Positions 37,160 to 47,272 of a stretch of 64,000 nt of DNA are shown here, in pieces. This stretch comes from an uncultured Armatimonadetes bacterium. GTDB taxonomy: Bacteria; Armatimonadota; UBA5829; DTJY01. The notes below the pieces were generated by a model, which was not told the DNA's origin, made no database searches, and saw only the letters and a list, made by a program, of their open reading frames with translations. The number at the start of each line of letters is the position of its first letter. Within the stretch, counting starts at the first letter, position 1. The stretch spans positions 4,096,001 through 4,160,000 of the forward strand of contig OY970325.1 in NCBI GenBank assembly GCA_963717145.1, read 5' to 3'. Position numbers and translations under genes: made by a program.

Positions 37160-39832
37160 ATGCCGGACCGCACAACTCACGCTCCGTTCCGATACCGCAG
37201 CCTGGACGAACTCCGGGCCGCGATCGACCAGCTTGGCCTCGATATTGCCGTCGACGAGGACACGTCGATCCTGGCGCGGCCCCTCCAGGTCGCAGGACGG
37301 ACGATCCCCAACTCGATGGCGATCCAGCCGATGGAGGGCTGTGATGCCCAGCCCGACGGTTCGCCGGACGAGCTGACCGTCCGCCGGTACAAACGGTTCG
37401 GCGCGGGCGGAGCGGGCCTCCTGTGGTTCGAGGCCACGGCGGTCGTCCCCGAGGGCCGAGCGAATCCCCGTCAGCTTTGGATCCGCCCGGAGACGAAGGA
37501 CGCCTTCGCCCGCATGCTCGATGACTCCCGAAAGGCGGCAGCCGAGTCGATGGGGGCGAGTCATCGGCCGTTCGCCGTGCTTCAGCTCACTCATTCAGGC
37601 CGATACAGCAGGCCCGGGAAGTCGCCGTCGCCGATCATCGCCCAGCACGATCCGCTCCTCGATCCGACCAGAGGCACTCCGCCCGATCAGCCGGTGATCA
37701 CGGACGACGAACTCGATGCCCTGCAGGATCGGTACGTCGAGGCTGCCCGTCTGGCGTTCGAGGCGGGATTCGATGCCGTCGATGTGAAGGCATGCCACCG
37801 GTATCTGATCAACGAATTGCTGGCATCGCACACGAGAGAGGGCCGCTACGGAGGGAGCTACGAGAATCGGACGCGCTTCCTCAAGAACGTCATCGGCCGC
37901 ATATTCGATGAACTCGGGCGCGATAAGATCGTCACCACCCGCCTGGGAATCCACGACGCGCATCCCCATCCCTACGGCTGGGGCATGGACCCCGATGAGC
38001 CGAAGCGCCTCATCCGCGAGCTTCAACAGATGGGCGTGCGGCTGATCGACATCACGATGGGCAACCCGTACTTCAACCCGCACGTGAATCGCCCATACGA
38101 CACGCCGAGTATCGGCTTAGACCTACCTCACGAGAACCCGCTCGCCGGCGAGGAGCGGCTGATCACACTCACTCGCCAAGTACGAGAGGGGCTGTCGGAC
38201 ATGGCCGTCATCGGCAGCGGGTACAGTTGGCTGCGAAACCTCTGGCCGTATGTCGCGGCGGCGGAGATCAGGCGCGGGAGCGTGCAGATGGTCGGCCTCG
38301 GACGCCAGGCGTTCGCGTTCCCCGGTTTCGCGAAAGAGATCATCGAGACCGGCAAGCTCGACATCCGGCACACTTGCATCACGTGCTCCTCATGCACGCA
38401 GATCATGCGCGACGGAGGGACCGCCGGATGCGTGCCGTTCGATCGCGAGGTCTACGGGCCGATCTACCGCGAGGGACGGCATAACAGCCTCGACTATATC
38501 CTGGCGCAGGCGTCCCGGTGCCGCGATTGCTTCGACCCTCAGTGCAAGGACGGTTGCCCGGCGGGAGTCGATATCCCCGGCTTCGTCCGCGCGCTTGCGG
38601 ATGGTGATATCAGGGGCTCGTACGAGATCCTCCGCGACCGGAATGCACTCCCGGAGACGTGCGGGTGCGTCTGCCCGTCGGAGGTCCAATGTGAAGGGCA
38701 CTGTGTGGAGAACGTCTTCTCGCAGAGCCCGGTGCCGGTCCGCGAACTGCAGCTCTACGTGAGCCGAATCGCCCGCGAGAACGGCTGGGCTTCGCTGGTG
38801 GTGTCTGACGCTGTAGGGGCGTGCCTTGTGCCGCCCGGTTCACCGTCGCAGGCGGCACAAGGCACGCCCCTACAGCGTCATGGACGGATCGCGGTGATCG
38901 GCGCGGGACCCGCCGGCCTCGCATGTGCCTCCGAGCTTCTTAGGCTCGGGCATTCGGTCGATCTCTTCGATCTCGGTGAGACAATTGGCGGAACGGCGGG
39001 CGGATCCATTCCATCCAAGCGGCTCGGGAATGACATCCTTGGCGACGAGGTGCAGGCGACGTTGGGCGACCGGCTGACATTCCATCCGGGTGAGGGCCTC
39101 ACCGCCGATCGAGACCTCGACTCGTTCGCGCGGGAGTACGACGCCGTCTTCCTCGGCATGGGGCTCGGCAAGTCGCCCACTCTGCTCAAGACCAGCCCTC
39201 ACCCCCAGCCCCTCTCCCACAGGGCGAGGGGAGTACAGGACGCAATCGCCTTCCTCTGGGCGTGCAAGAACGGGGAGGCGGTCGTGCCGGAGCGAGTGGC
39301 GGTGCTCGGCGGCGGAAACACCGCGATGGATGCCGCGACTCAGGCGGTCGAATGCGGCGCGAAGGATGTCTACCTCGTCTACCGGCGCTCGTTCGCCGAG
39401 ATGCCCGCTTGGCCCGCCGAACGGGACGAGGCGCTGAACCTCGGCGTCCACTTCCTACTGCTGACTCAGCCGCTGGGGTATGAGTTCGACGATGAGGGTC
39501 GGCTCAAGGGAGTCCGAATCGCGCGGACTGTGCTCGGCGAGCCGGATGCGTCAGGCAGGCGACGACCGGCCCTAGTGCCTGACAGCGAGTCGCTGCTTGA
39601 AGTCGATCTCGTGCTGGAGGCGCTCGGCCAGGGCGTACCCGAAGGCTTCGAGCGTGTGATCCCCGGCGTGGAGCTTTCAGGCGGCCTCATCAAGGTCGAC
39701 GAGTCAGGACGCACGTCACGTCCCAAAGTCTACGCGGGTGGCGATATCGTGAACGGCGGCACGACCGTCGTCCAGGCCGTCGCCGACGGCATGCGCGCAG
39801 CCCGCGACATACACTCATCGCTGCACTCTTGA
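37160..39832 (+). CDS. NADH:flavin oxidoreductase (OYE barrel) fused to a GltD/DPD-type Fe-S and FAD/NAD(P) module
   Basis: QPMEGCD, QLTHSGR, KACHRYL, YGGSYENR; CRDC..C...CP, CGCVCP...CEGHC, GAGPAG, GGGNTAMD, AGGD. Confidence 0.9.
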   Translation: MPDRTTHAPFRYRSLDELRAAIDQLGLDIAVDEDTSILARPLQVAGRTIPNSMAIQPMEGCDAQPDGSPDELTVRRYKRFGAGGAGLLWFEATAVVPEGRANPRQLWIRPETKDAFARMLDDSRKAAAESMGASHRPFAVLQLTHSGRYSRPGKSPSPIIAQHDPLLDPTRGTPPDQPVITDDELDALQDRYVEAARLAFEAGFDAVDVKACHRYLINELLASHTREGRYGGSYENRTRFLKNVIGRIFDELGRDKIVTTRLGIHDAHPHPYGWGMDPDEPKRLIRELQQMGVRLIDITMGNPYFNPHVNRPYDTPSIGLDLPHENPLAGEERLITLTRQVREGLSDMAVIGSGYSWLRNLWPYVAAAEIRRGSVQMVGLGRQAFAFPGFAKEIIETGKLDIRHTCITCSSCTQIMRDGGTAGCVPFDREVYGPIYREGRHNSLDYILAQASRCRDCFDPQCKDGCPAGVDIPGFVRALADGDIRGSYEILRDRNALPETCGCVCPSEVQCEGHCVENVFSQSPVPVRELQLYVSRIARENGWASLVVSDAVGACLVPPGSPSQAAQGTPLQRHGRIAVIGAGPAGLACASELLRLGHSVDLFDLGETIGGTAGGSIPSKRLGNDILGDEVQATLGDRLTFHPGEGLTADRDLDSFAREYDAVFLGMGLGKSPTLLKTSPHPQPLSHRARGVQDAIAFLWACKNGEAVVPERVAVLGGGNTAMDAATQAVECGAKDVYLVYRRSFAEMPAWPAERDEALNLGVHFLLLTQPLGYEFDDEGRLKGVRIARTVLGEPDASGRRRPALVPDSESLLEVDLVLEALGQGVPEGFERVIPGVELSGGLIKVDESGRTSRPKVYAGGDIVNGGTTVVQAVADGMRAARDIHSSLHS

Positions 39833-39856
39833 TATCCCATCGCCGATCACCGATCG

Positions 39857-40585
39857 CTACCCGATCTCGGCGCGAGCGTCCTTGCGGAGTGGGTTCGTCC
39901 GCGCGGCAAGCGAGAAGAGGAACGGGTAGTCCTTCCGCAGATGGATCATGTACTCCAGCCACTGGGTGAGCAGCGCGGTATATGCGCGCTCGGCGTCGAC
40001 CATGAGATGCATCAGATCACCCTCGGACGGCACCCCGATCTCCTCGCGGAGCCGCAGTTCGTCGCCCAGATGGAAGACCGCCCACAGCAGATCCGTGAAC
40101 GCCTCGTGCTCGAGGAGCATCGGATTCTCTAGAAGCCGGAGCATGAACTCGCGCTTCTCCGTCATGTACGCTTGGAGACCCCTGAGATGCGCCTGGTCCG
40201 GGGTGACAGCGAACGTTCGATCATTGCTCCATGTGATGGCGTCCCGTATGTGTTGCTCCGTCCAATCGGGCGCGACGGCGGCGTTCTGCGCGATCTCGTC
40301 CTGATCCGCTGCCATTTCCGCCATCAGCTTCAGTAGCCCCTGGCCGACCTCGCTGTAGAACGCGCCGATCACCATGTTCAGCTTGCGCCGGCGCTCGCCC
40401 ATCTCCCGTGCGGAGAGCATCTGGCTGATGATGATAGTGACGAGCAGCACCTCCAGCGGCATCAGGGCGAGATCAAGCAGCAGGTAAAACCCGATGCCGT
40501 GCGCATCGCGAAAGATGGCGTAGTGGACGGCATATCCAATCGCCGACGCGAGGATCAGCAGTAAGGCTATGGTGCGAGTTCGCAT
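39857..40585 (-). CDS. Hypothetical membrane protein
   Basis: Two N-terminal TMs; KLNMVIGAFYSEVG...LLENP.LLEHE.FTDLLWAVFH. Confidence 0.75.
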   Translation of the reverse strand: MRTRTIALLLILASAIGYAVHYAIFRDAHGIGFYLLLDLALMPLEVLLVTIIISQMLSAREMGERRRKLNMVIGAFYSEVGQGLLKLMAEMAADQDEIAQNAAVAPDWTEQHIRDAITWSNDRTFAVTPDQAHLRGLQAYMTEKREFMLRLLENPMLLEHEAFTDLLWAVFHLGDELRLREEIGVPSEGDLMHLMVDAERAYTALLTQWLEYMIHLRKDYPFLFSLAARTNPLRKDARAEIG

Positions 40586-40673
40586 GGTAGTATTGGTGAA
40601 CAGTGAACAGTAAACGGTGAACGGTGAGAATCCGGACTGTTCACTGTTTACCGTTCACCGTTCACTTGATTCC

Positions 40674-41939
40674 CTACTCCGGCAACTTGGATCCCTTGGT
40701 TTCAGGGACGAACCAGATCAGGACCAGGCCGATCACATAGACAAAAGCCATCGTAGTGCCCGCGCGCTCGAACGAGCCGCCGAAGACCTTACTGAGTTGC
40801 CCGAATCCCATGAGGATCGCCGCCGCCGCTACGACTCGCCCGATGTTGAACGAGATACCCTCGCCGGTCGAGCGAATGCGCGTCGGGAACAGCTCGGGCA
40901 GATAGAGTGGCAGCCACCCGAAGAAGCTGGTCGTGAAGACTCCCGCGATCGCGGCCAGAACGAGCAGTCGCAGGCTGTATCCATCGGTGAACTGGAAGAC
41001 GAGGATCGCCGAGGCAAGGCTGGTGAGGCAGAAGATCGCGTAAGACCACCTGCGCCCAAACCAGTCGGCCGCCGGGCCGCCGAGGAATGACCCGGCGATC
41101 TGCCCGAATGCCATCCACATCGCTGCGACCGCCCCCGCCGCCAGTTTCTCCTTGATTGCATCCGGAGGGAACATGTTCTGCACCCAGGTCGGGATAAGCT
41201 GGAAGACGCCCCAAGTACCGATCACAGCAACCGATGACAGCAGACAGGCCATGATCATATTCCGCCGAAGAGCGGGTTCGAGAAGCTGCTTCAGGTCGGG
41301 CCGCTCACCCCGCTCACGCGCCTGTACCCACTTCGCGGGCTCCTTGATACAGCATCGGATCGGGAAGGAGAGGAGGGCCGGAACGAGCCCGATGCAAAAG
41401 ATGAGACGCCAGCCGAGGTGATTGAAATTGAGATTGACGAGCGAGCTGATGAGAAATCCGACGTTTGCCGAGCTGCCGAGGAGTCCTGCCAGGAGCGGGC
41501 GTTTCGCATTCGGCCAAGTCTCCATCACCAGTGCGACCCCGAGTCCCCACTCGCCGCCAAGACCCATCGCGCCGATGAACCGGCAGATGCCGAACTGCCA
41601 GGCGGTCTGGGATAGCGCGCTCAGTCCCGTGAAGACCGAGTACAGAATGACGGTGATGATCATCGTCTTCACGCGGCCGATTTTGTCACCGAGTCGCCCG
41701 AAGATGAACCCGCCGGCCGATGCTCCGAGCAGGAAGAGGGCGAACATGTATCCCGCATACTGGGTGATCATCCCCTTGTCAGTGGTGTGCAGGAGATCTC
41801 TCAGCGCCGGCTGTGCCAGTACGGAGTAGAGACCCATCTCCATGCCATCGAACATCCATCCCAGCCACGCCACAATCAGGATCAGCCAGAGAGTGCCGGT
41901 ACTGGTCCGCTCAGCCTTGTCAACCGCCATATCGCTCAT
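40674..41939 (-). CDS. MFS transporter
   Basis: GRLGDKIGR, GLGGEW, PELFPTRIRSTG. Confidence 0.93.
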   Translation of the reverse strand: MSDMAVDKAERTSTGTLWLILIVAWLGWMFDGMEMGLYSVLAQPALRDLLHTTDKGMITQYAGYMFALFLLGASAGGFIFGRLGDKIGRVKTMIITVILYSVFTGLSALSQTAWQFGICRFIGAMGLGGEWGLGVALVMETWPNAKRPLLAGLLGSSANVGFLISSLVNLNFNHLGWRLIFCIGLVPALLSFPIRCCIKEPAKWVQARERGERPDLKQLLEPALRRNMIMACLLSSVAVIGTWGVFQLIPTWVQNMFPPDAIKEKLAAGAVAAMWMAFGQIAGSFLGGPAADWFGRRWSYAIFCLTSLASAILVFQFTDGYSLRLLVLAAIAGVFTTSFFGWLPLYLPELFPTRIRSTGEGISFNIGRVVAAAAILMGFGQLSKVFGGSFERAGTTMAFVYVIGLVLIWFVPETKGSKLPE

Positions 41940-41982
41940 TTGGTCCTCGCTCCATGGTTAAGTGTGGTAGTAAGCCGGCCCT

Positions 41983-42011
41983 ATGGTATCGCGTCCGGCT
42001 CATGGTGTCAA
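41983..42011 (-). promoter_or_regulatory. Sigma70-type promoter of the MFS gene, abutting the IS insertion site
   Basis: TTGACA-N17-TACCAT. Confidence 0.6.
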
Positions 42012-42016
42012 CATGG

Positions 42017-43378
42017 CGAATTGCTTCACGAACGATGTTACCGAAACGGAAACGTTGCCTCAGATAAGAATGTTACCGAAACTGAGGCATGGAGAAGATG
42101 ACAACTGCATCCGTAAGAGAAGTCGTGAGGCGCAAACGCAAAGAATATGGCAAAGCCACCAAATCGGAGAAGAAGCTGGTATTGAGTGAAGTCCAGGGAT
42201 TGACCGGTTACCACAGGAAGTCGCTGGTGAGGCTGTTCGCGAAAGGAGTTCCACCAGCGAGGAGTCCAGTGAGACGCGCAAGGAAGTCGAAATACGAGCC
42301 GATAGCCCACAAGCTGAAGACACTCTGGGCTGCGAGTTTCTACGCGTGCGGTAAGCGTCTGCAGCCGTTTCTGACTGAGTTTCTACCCATACTGGAGTCA
42401 TTCGGGGAGATAACGGTTACACCAGAAGAAGAGAGGCTGCTTAACTCGATCAGCGCGTCGAGCATCGACAGGTTGATGAAGAAGGAGCGGTCTGCCCTAT
42501 CGCTAACAGGGAGGACCTTAACAAAGCCGGGGACACTGCTTCGGTCTCAGATCCCGGTGAGGACGTTTGCCGACTGGGATGAAGCTGAGCCTGGGTTCTT
42601 CGAGATGGACTTGGTGGGTCATTGCGGAGGTGACGGGAGCGGAGAGTTCCTGTATACTTTGACTATGACTGATGTAGCGACCGGATGGGTAGCGCTTGAT
42701 GGAATGAAAGGCCGAGGGGAGCACGGAACCGTGCTTGCGGTGCAGTCCGCGTCCAAGAGCGCACCGTTTGCAGTCAGAGGCATAGATACCGACAACGGCG
42801 GCGAGTTCATCAACCATCACATGAACAAGTACTGTCGAGCGCACAGGATCACGTTTACGCGCAGTCGGCCTTACAAGAAGAACGATCAATGTCATGTAGA
42901 GCAGAAGAACTGGAGCGTAGTCCGGCAGTTTATAGGTTACCGGCGATTCGAGACGGACGAGCAGCTTGCGGTACTAAAGGCGATATATCCGCTGATCGTG
43001 GCGTATCACAACTTCTGTCAGCCCATGATGCGTCTTAAAGAAAAGGAGCGGATTGGGAGTAAAGTGATCAAACGCTATGAGCCTGCGATGACGCCGTACC
43101 GCAAGCTGATAAGTGTTGAAGGATGGCTTGACGATGAAGCAAAGGATCGCCTCGATAAAGAACGTAGAGCGACGAACCCGGTGGAGCTACTAAGACGCAT
43201 CCACAGGCTATCATCAAAGCTTGACAGGATGCCGAACAAAGACAGATCGAAAGCGAGCAAGGCGCGGCCCTGAGCGGCGATCAAGAGCCGATCTGACATA
43301 CTTGAACACACTACTTGGTAACATTATCAATGACGCAACGAATGGCGTTTCGGTAACAAAGTTAAATGAGGCAACACG
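42017..43378 (+). mobile_element. rve-type IS (ISNCY-like) with duplicated terminal repeat units
   Basis: Each end carries two TTGC.TCA...TGTTACC units; flanking CATGG duplication (42012-42016, 43379-43383). Confidence 0.8.
42089..43273 (+). CDS. DDE transposase (integrase core)
   Basis: PGFFEMDLVGH, IDTDNGGEF, RSRPYKKNDQCHVEQKN. Confidence 0.92.
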   Translation: MEKMTTASVREVVRRKRKEYGKATKSEKKLVLSEVQGLTGYHRKSLVRLFAKGVPPARSPVRRARKSKYEPIAHKLKTLWAASFYACGKRLQPFLTEFLPILESFGEITVTPEEERLLNSISASSIDRLMKKERSALSLTGRTLTKPGTLLRSQIPVRTFADWDEAEPGFFEMDLVGHCGGDGSGEFLYTLTMTDVATGWVALDGMKGRGEHGTVLAVQSASKSAPFAVRGIDTDNGGEFINHHMNKYCRAHRITFTRSRPYKKNDQCHVEQKNWSVVRQFIGYRRFETDEQLAVLKAIYPLIVAYHNFCQPMMRLKEKERIGSKVIKRYEPAMTPYRKLISVEGWLDDEAKDRLDKERRATNPVELLRRIHRLSSKLDRMPNKDRSKASKARP

Positions 43379-43400
43379 CATGGCGATCAGACGACAGAGC

Positions 43401-43464
43401 CTGTAGGGGCGTGCCTTGTGCCGCCTCGTAGTGGCGTCGGGCGGCACAAGGCACGCCCCTACAG
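43401..43464. repeat. GTAG-REP palindrome with arms identical to the in-frame copy at 38806-38880
   Basis: ctgtaggggcgtgccttgtgccgcc...ggcggcacaaggcacgcccctacag. Confidence 0.9.
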
Positions 43465-43477
43465 ACATGGTCCGCCC

Positions 43478-44197
43478 TCATTCCACGAGCAAGAGCGCCA
43501 CCGGAATCGCGACTCCAAGTAGAAGGTAGAGGAACGATGGCTTGTCCTGCTCCTCGTGCAAGCGTGGGAGGATGTTGGCGGTCGCAACGTAGATGAACGA
43601 ACCGGCGGCGATCCCGAGCAGGACCGCCAGGGTGATCTCCGAGACGCCCCTGGTCCAGAACCAGGCGCCGAACGCGCCGATGGGAGTCGCCACTGCCACC
43701 AACGTGGACAGGAGCAGCGTCAAACCGCGTCGGTACCCGGCTGCGCTGAACATCGAGACCGATGTTACGCCCTCCGGTACTTCATGGGCGATGACGGCGA
43801 TCGCCGCGGTGAGTCCGAGTGCGGAGGATACTCGCAGTCCGGCGGCTATCGCCACCCCATCGACCAGGCTATGGACTGTCAGGGCCACGAACGCCATCGT
43901 GCCTATGACGCCGACTTTGCATGTCGAATGATTCGTACACGACCTCGAATGGATGAACTGCTCGATCGCGATGAACACGAGGAAACTGCCGAGCATCGCC
44001 CATCCGGCGGGGATAGCCGCTCGCTCGATCGAACCGGGCATGAGGTGCAGGAACGCCGTGCCGATGAGCACGCCCGAGCCGAAGCCCATCAGCCGGGTGA
44101 TCGTCCGTCGAGGCATCTGGCCCCGCGCGAGAACGGCGAGCGCCCCGATGAGCGTCGCAATCCCCGCCCCCAGGCTGTAGATGGTGAGTTGGACCAA
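43478..44197 (-). CDS. ZIP family metal transporter
   Basis: HSLVDG, HEVPEG, AAGSFIYVA. Confidence 0.88.
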   Translation of the reverse strand: MVQLTIYSLGAGIATLIGALAVLARGQMPRRTITRLMGFGSGVLIGTAFLHLMPGSIERAAIPAGWAMLGSFLVFIAIEQFIHSRSCTNHSTCKVGVIGTMAFVALTVHSLVDGVAIAAGLRVSSALGLTAAIAVIAHEVPEGVTSVSMFSAAGYRRGLTLLLSTLVAVATPIGAFGAWFWTRGVSEITLAVLLGIAAGSFIYVATANILPRLHEEQDKPSFLYLLLGVAIPVALLLVE

Positions 44198-44224
44198 GCG
44201 CGCCTCTCAGTTCGGCCACGGGAG

Positions 44225-45268
44225 TTATGTGACCGTGATCCTTCCCGGGAGGTCTTCGGTGATCTCACCGATGACCGCTGCGATCGGGACGCCCGCCTGG
44301 ATGAGCGCCATGACGAGCGCGTCGGCCTTCTCGGGCGCGACGGCCATCAGCAGTCCGCCGGACGTCTGAGGGTCGCAAAGGATGAGCTGGGAGACCTCGT
44401 CGATCCCCGGGCCGAACGTCACGTCGGCGGCGATGAACTCCCTGTTCCGATATGCGCCTCCGGGGATCATGTCCTGCTCGGCCAGCGCGCGGACGTCCGA
44501 GAGAAGCGGGATCTTCGACAGCCTGATCGCTGCCCCCAGCTTGCTCGCGGTACACATCTCCCAGAGGTGGCCGAGCAGCCCGAAGCCGGTGACGTCGGTG
44601 CAGGCGTCCACCCCGATGTCGGACATGACGAGCGAGGCGTCGCGGTTGAGCGTCTTCATCAGTTCGATCGCTTCCCGGACCGTCGGCGCTGAGGCGACGC
44701 CCGGCTTGATCGCTCCGGTGACGATCCCAATCCCCAGAGGCTTGGTGAGAATGAGCTTGTCGCCCTTGACCGCGCCGGCATTCCTGACTATTGCGTCCGG
44801 ATGAGTGAACCCGATGACGGCCATGCCGTACTTCGGCTCGGGGTCATCGATCGTGTGGCCGCCAACGATGCTGACCTTCGCCTTCTGAGCCTGCTCAGCG
44901 CCGCCCTGCAGGATCTCGTCGAGCACGTAGACCGGCAATGTGTGCACGGGAAAGCCGACGATGTTGAGCGCGATCGCGGGCTGAACTCCCATCGCGTAAC
45001 AGTCGCTCATGGCATTCGTGGCGGCGATGGCGCCGAAGTCGCGCGGGTCGTCCACGATAGGCGTGAAGTAGTCTACCGTGAACGCGATGGCGAGGTCGTC
45101 CCGGATCTTGTAGACCGCGGCGTCATCGGCGGTGTTCATGCCGACGAGCACCTTCGGATCGACTATCGGGGGTAGGTGACGCAGAACCTGCGCCAGGTCC
45201 TTAGGACCGACTTTACACCCTCACCCACCGCCGGTTGTGTATGCCGTCAGCCTGATCTTCTCGGTCAT
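44225..45268 (-). CDS. selD: Selenophosphate synthetase, selenocysteine form
   Basis: MTEKIRLTAYTTGGG-U(TGA 45221-45223)-GCK in frame with DDAAVY, VDYFTP, DVTGFGLLGH, DPQTSGGLL. Confidence 0.93.
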
Positions 45269-45283
45269 TCGCGTCTGCCCTTC

Positions 45284-45530
45284 CTACTCATACTCATACT
45301 CATACTCGTACTCAAACCGCCGTGGGTTCGGGCGGATTTGCAGTCCGGCCCGTATTGGCAATCCGGGGATCTGTGATTCCAAGGCACCCGGGATGGCATC
45401 ACAGATGCCGGTTTGCCCTCGGGTGCTGGATTTCAAATCCGCACCAACGTGGGTGAAACAGCCGGGCGAAGCATTGGCGTCTGTCTTGCCAGGTCGGTGC
45501 AGTCCGACGGGCCAATGCTTCTCCCCTACA
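45284..45530. repeat. Hexamer (TACTCR)n array plus REP-like palindromes
   Basis: Hexamer family also at about 49777-49860, 53309-53324 and 56099-56130; gggcgaagcattggc..ccaatgcttc also at about 56028-56095. Confidence 0.75.
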
Positions 45531-45542
45531 CGTCTTCGCAGT

Positions 45543-46601
45543 TCATCCCCGGGCCTTCGGCTCATAGACGCAATATGGCTCGGGGGCGAGGTAGTCGCCC
45601 GTTATGCCGTATGCCCGGGCGCGGCATCCCATGCAGACGCGCTTGTACTCGCAGATCCCGCACTTGCCCTCCAGGTTGTTCTCGTCCCGAAGGTCCTGGA
45701 AAACCTTCGCATTCTCCCAGATGTCCTTGAAGTTATCCCGCCGAACGTTGCCCGCCGAAACCGGAAGGTATCCGCAAGGATATACCTCTCCGACGTGCGA
45801 GACGAAGCAGACCGCCGAGCCCGCGAGACATCCCTTCGTCATCGCCTCGAAGCCGTGAGTCTCCGGCGTGATGCGGATGCCCTCCTCCTTCGCGCGCTGA
45901 CGCATGACCCGGAAGTAGTGCGGCGCGCAGGTCGCCTTCAGGGCGATCCCGGCGTCCTTCGAGCGGTCGTAGAACCAGTTCAGCACGCGTTCGTATTCGT
46001 CCGGACGGATCATCTCCTCGTCGGCGATCTCCTTCCCGCATCCCGTCGGCACGAGGAGGAACATGTGAAGCGCGACCGCTCCCCGCTCCTTCGCGAGTTC
46101 GAGGATGGCGGGGATTTCGTCGATATTGTGCCGGGTGACCGTCGTGTTGATCTGGAACGGAATGCCCTCGGCTTTGATAAGCTCTATGCCCTCCCAGGCG
46201 CAGTCGAATGCGCCGGGAAGTCGCCGGAACGAGTCGTGCGACTCAGAGGCTGCTCCGTCGATGCTCACGCTGACCCGCTGGACGCCGGACTCGCGGATCT
46301 TCCTCGCGATCTCGGGCGTTACGAGCGTGCCGTTGGTGGCGAGTGCGACCTTCAGCCCGGCCTCGTTGGCATAGGAGGCGATCTCGAATATGTCCGGCCG
46401 CACGAGCGGTTCTCCACCGCTCAGGACGAGCACCGGCTTGGCGACCGACGCGATCTGGTCGATGAGCGTCTTCGACTCCTCGAGCGTCAGGTCGTCGGGC
46501 GGTCGCTCCTCGACGGGACACGCGCGGCAATGGATGCACTTCAGGTTGCACGCCGTAGTTGTCTCCCAGAACACGAGCCTGGGTATGAATTCGTGATGCA
46601 C
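45543..46601 (-). CDS. ahbD: Radical SAM/SPASM heme synthase (AhbD/NirJ family)
   Basis: WETTTACNLKCIHCRA, KATCAPHY, GCLAG...CGIC...CMGCRARA; AhbC not fully excluded. Confidence 0.78.
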   Translation of the reverse strand: MHHEFIPRLVFWETTTACNLKCIHCRACPVEERPPDDLTLEESKTLIDQIASVAKPVLVLSGGEPLVRPDIFEIASYANEAGLKVALATNGTLVTPEIARKIRESGVQRVSVSIDGAASESHDSFRRLPGAFDCAWEGIELIKAEGIPFQINTTVTRHNIDEIPAILELAKERGAVALHMFLLVPTGCGKEIADEEMIRPDEYERVLNWFYDRSKDAGIALKATCAPHYFRVMRQRAKEEGIRITPETHGFEAMTKGCLAGSAVCFVSHVGEVYPCGYLPVSAGNVRRDNFKDIWENAKVFQDLRDENNLEGKCGICEYKRVCMGCRARAYGITGDYLAPEPYCVYEPKARG

Positions 46602-46684
46602 TTGATACTCCTTCAGAACGGACTTGATGACAGCCGATTATACCATTGCGACGGCGGAGAGTCCATCCATGTTACAATACGCGT

Positions 46685-47113
46685 ATGGCAAACCTGTCAA
46701 CCCGACGGCCAGTACCCGCCGTGGCGGCTGTGATAATCGAGGACGGAAAGCTGCTTCTTATCAGGCGTGGTGTGGAGCCGTCGAAGGGCAAGTGGTCGGT
46801 GCCCGGCGGGAGCGTCGAGTGGGGCGAGTCGCTCATGGATGCGGTCAAGCGCGAGGTCCGCGAGGAGACCGGCCTCGAGATCGAGGTCGGCAAGGTCGCG
46901 GGCGCCCTCGATCTCCGCACCGAGGGCGCTGACGGCGTCTCCTACCACTATGTCATCATCGACTACTTCGCGCGTCCGACCGGCGGCGAACTCGGTCCCG
47001 GCGACGATGCGTCCGACGCCCGCTGGGTTTCCCTCGACGAGTTGGATTCCTACGATCTTACCGCGCATCTCCGCGAACGGCTGGGGGAGATGGGCGTGAT
47101 GGCTGATGGTTGA
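46685..47113 (+). CDS. NUDIX hydrolase
   Basis: GGSVEWGESLMDAVKREVREETGL Nudix box. Confidence 0.92.
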   Translation: MANLSTRRPVPAVAAVIIEDGKLLLIRRGVEPSKGKWSVPGGSVEWGESLMDAVKREVREETGLEIEVGKVAGALDLRTEGADGVSYHYVIIDYFARPTGGELGPGDDASDARWVSLDELDSYDLTAHLRERLGEMGVMADG

Positions 47114-47272
47114 TGGTTCATGGGGAATGGCTGATCCTGAACCGCCAATACTCCCACACTCCCATACTCCCTCCCCCATTCCCCCATAAACCATCAACCA
47201 TTCCCGAATGACCCTCCCGCAATCTGGGTACAATCTTCCGTAAGCTCATCATGCTTGTGGGAGGACTCAGCG

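Noticed and set aside
45237-46733. 498-aa plus-strand ORF, and similar long antisense ORFs (e.g. 58287-59561, 2471-3556, 43556-44692)
   Set aside because: Shadow frames of well-supported genes in GC-rich DNA; the N-terminus here is translated repeat (YSYSYS)
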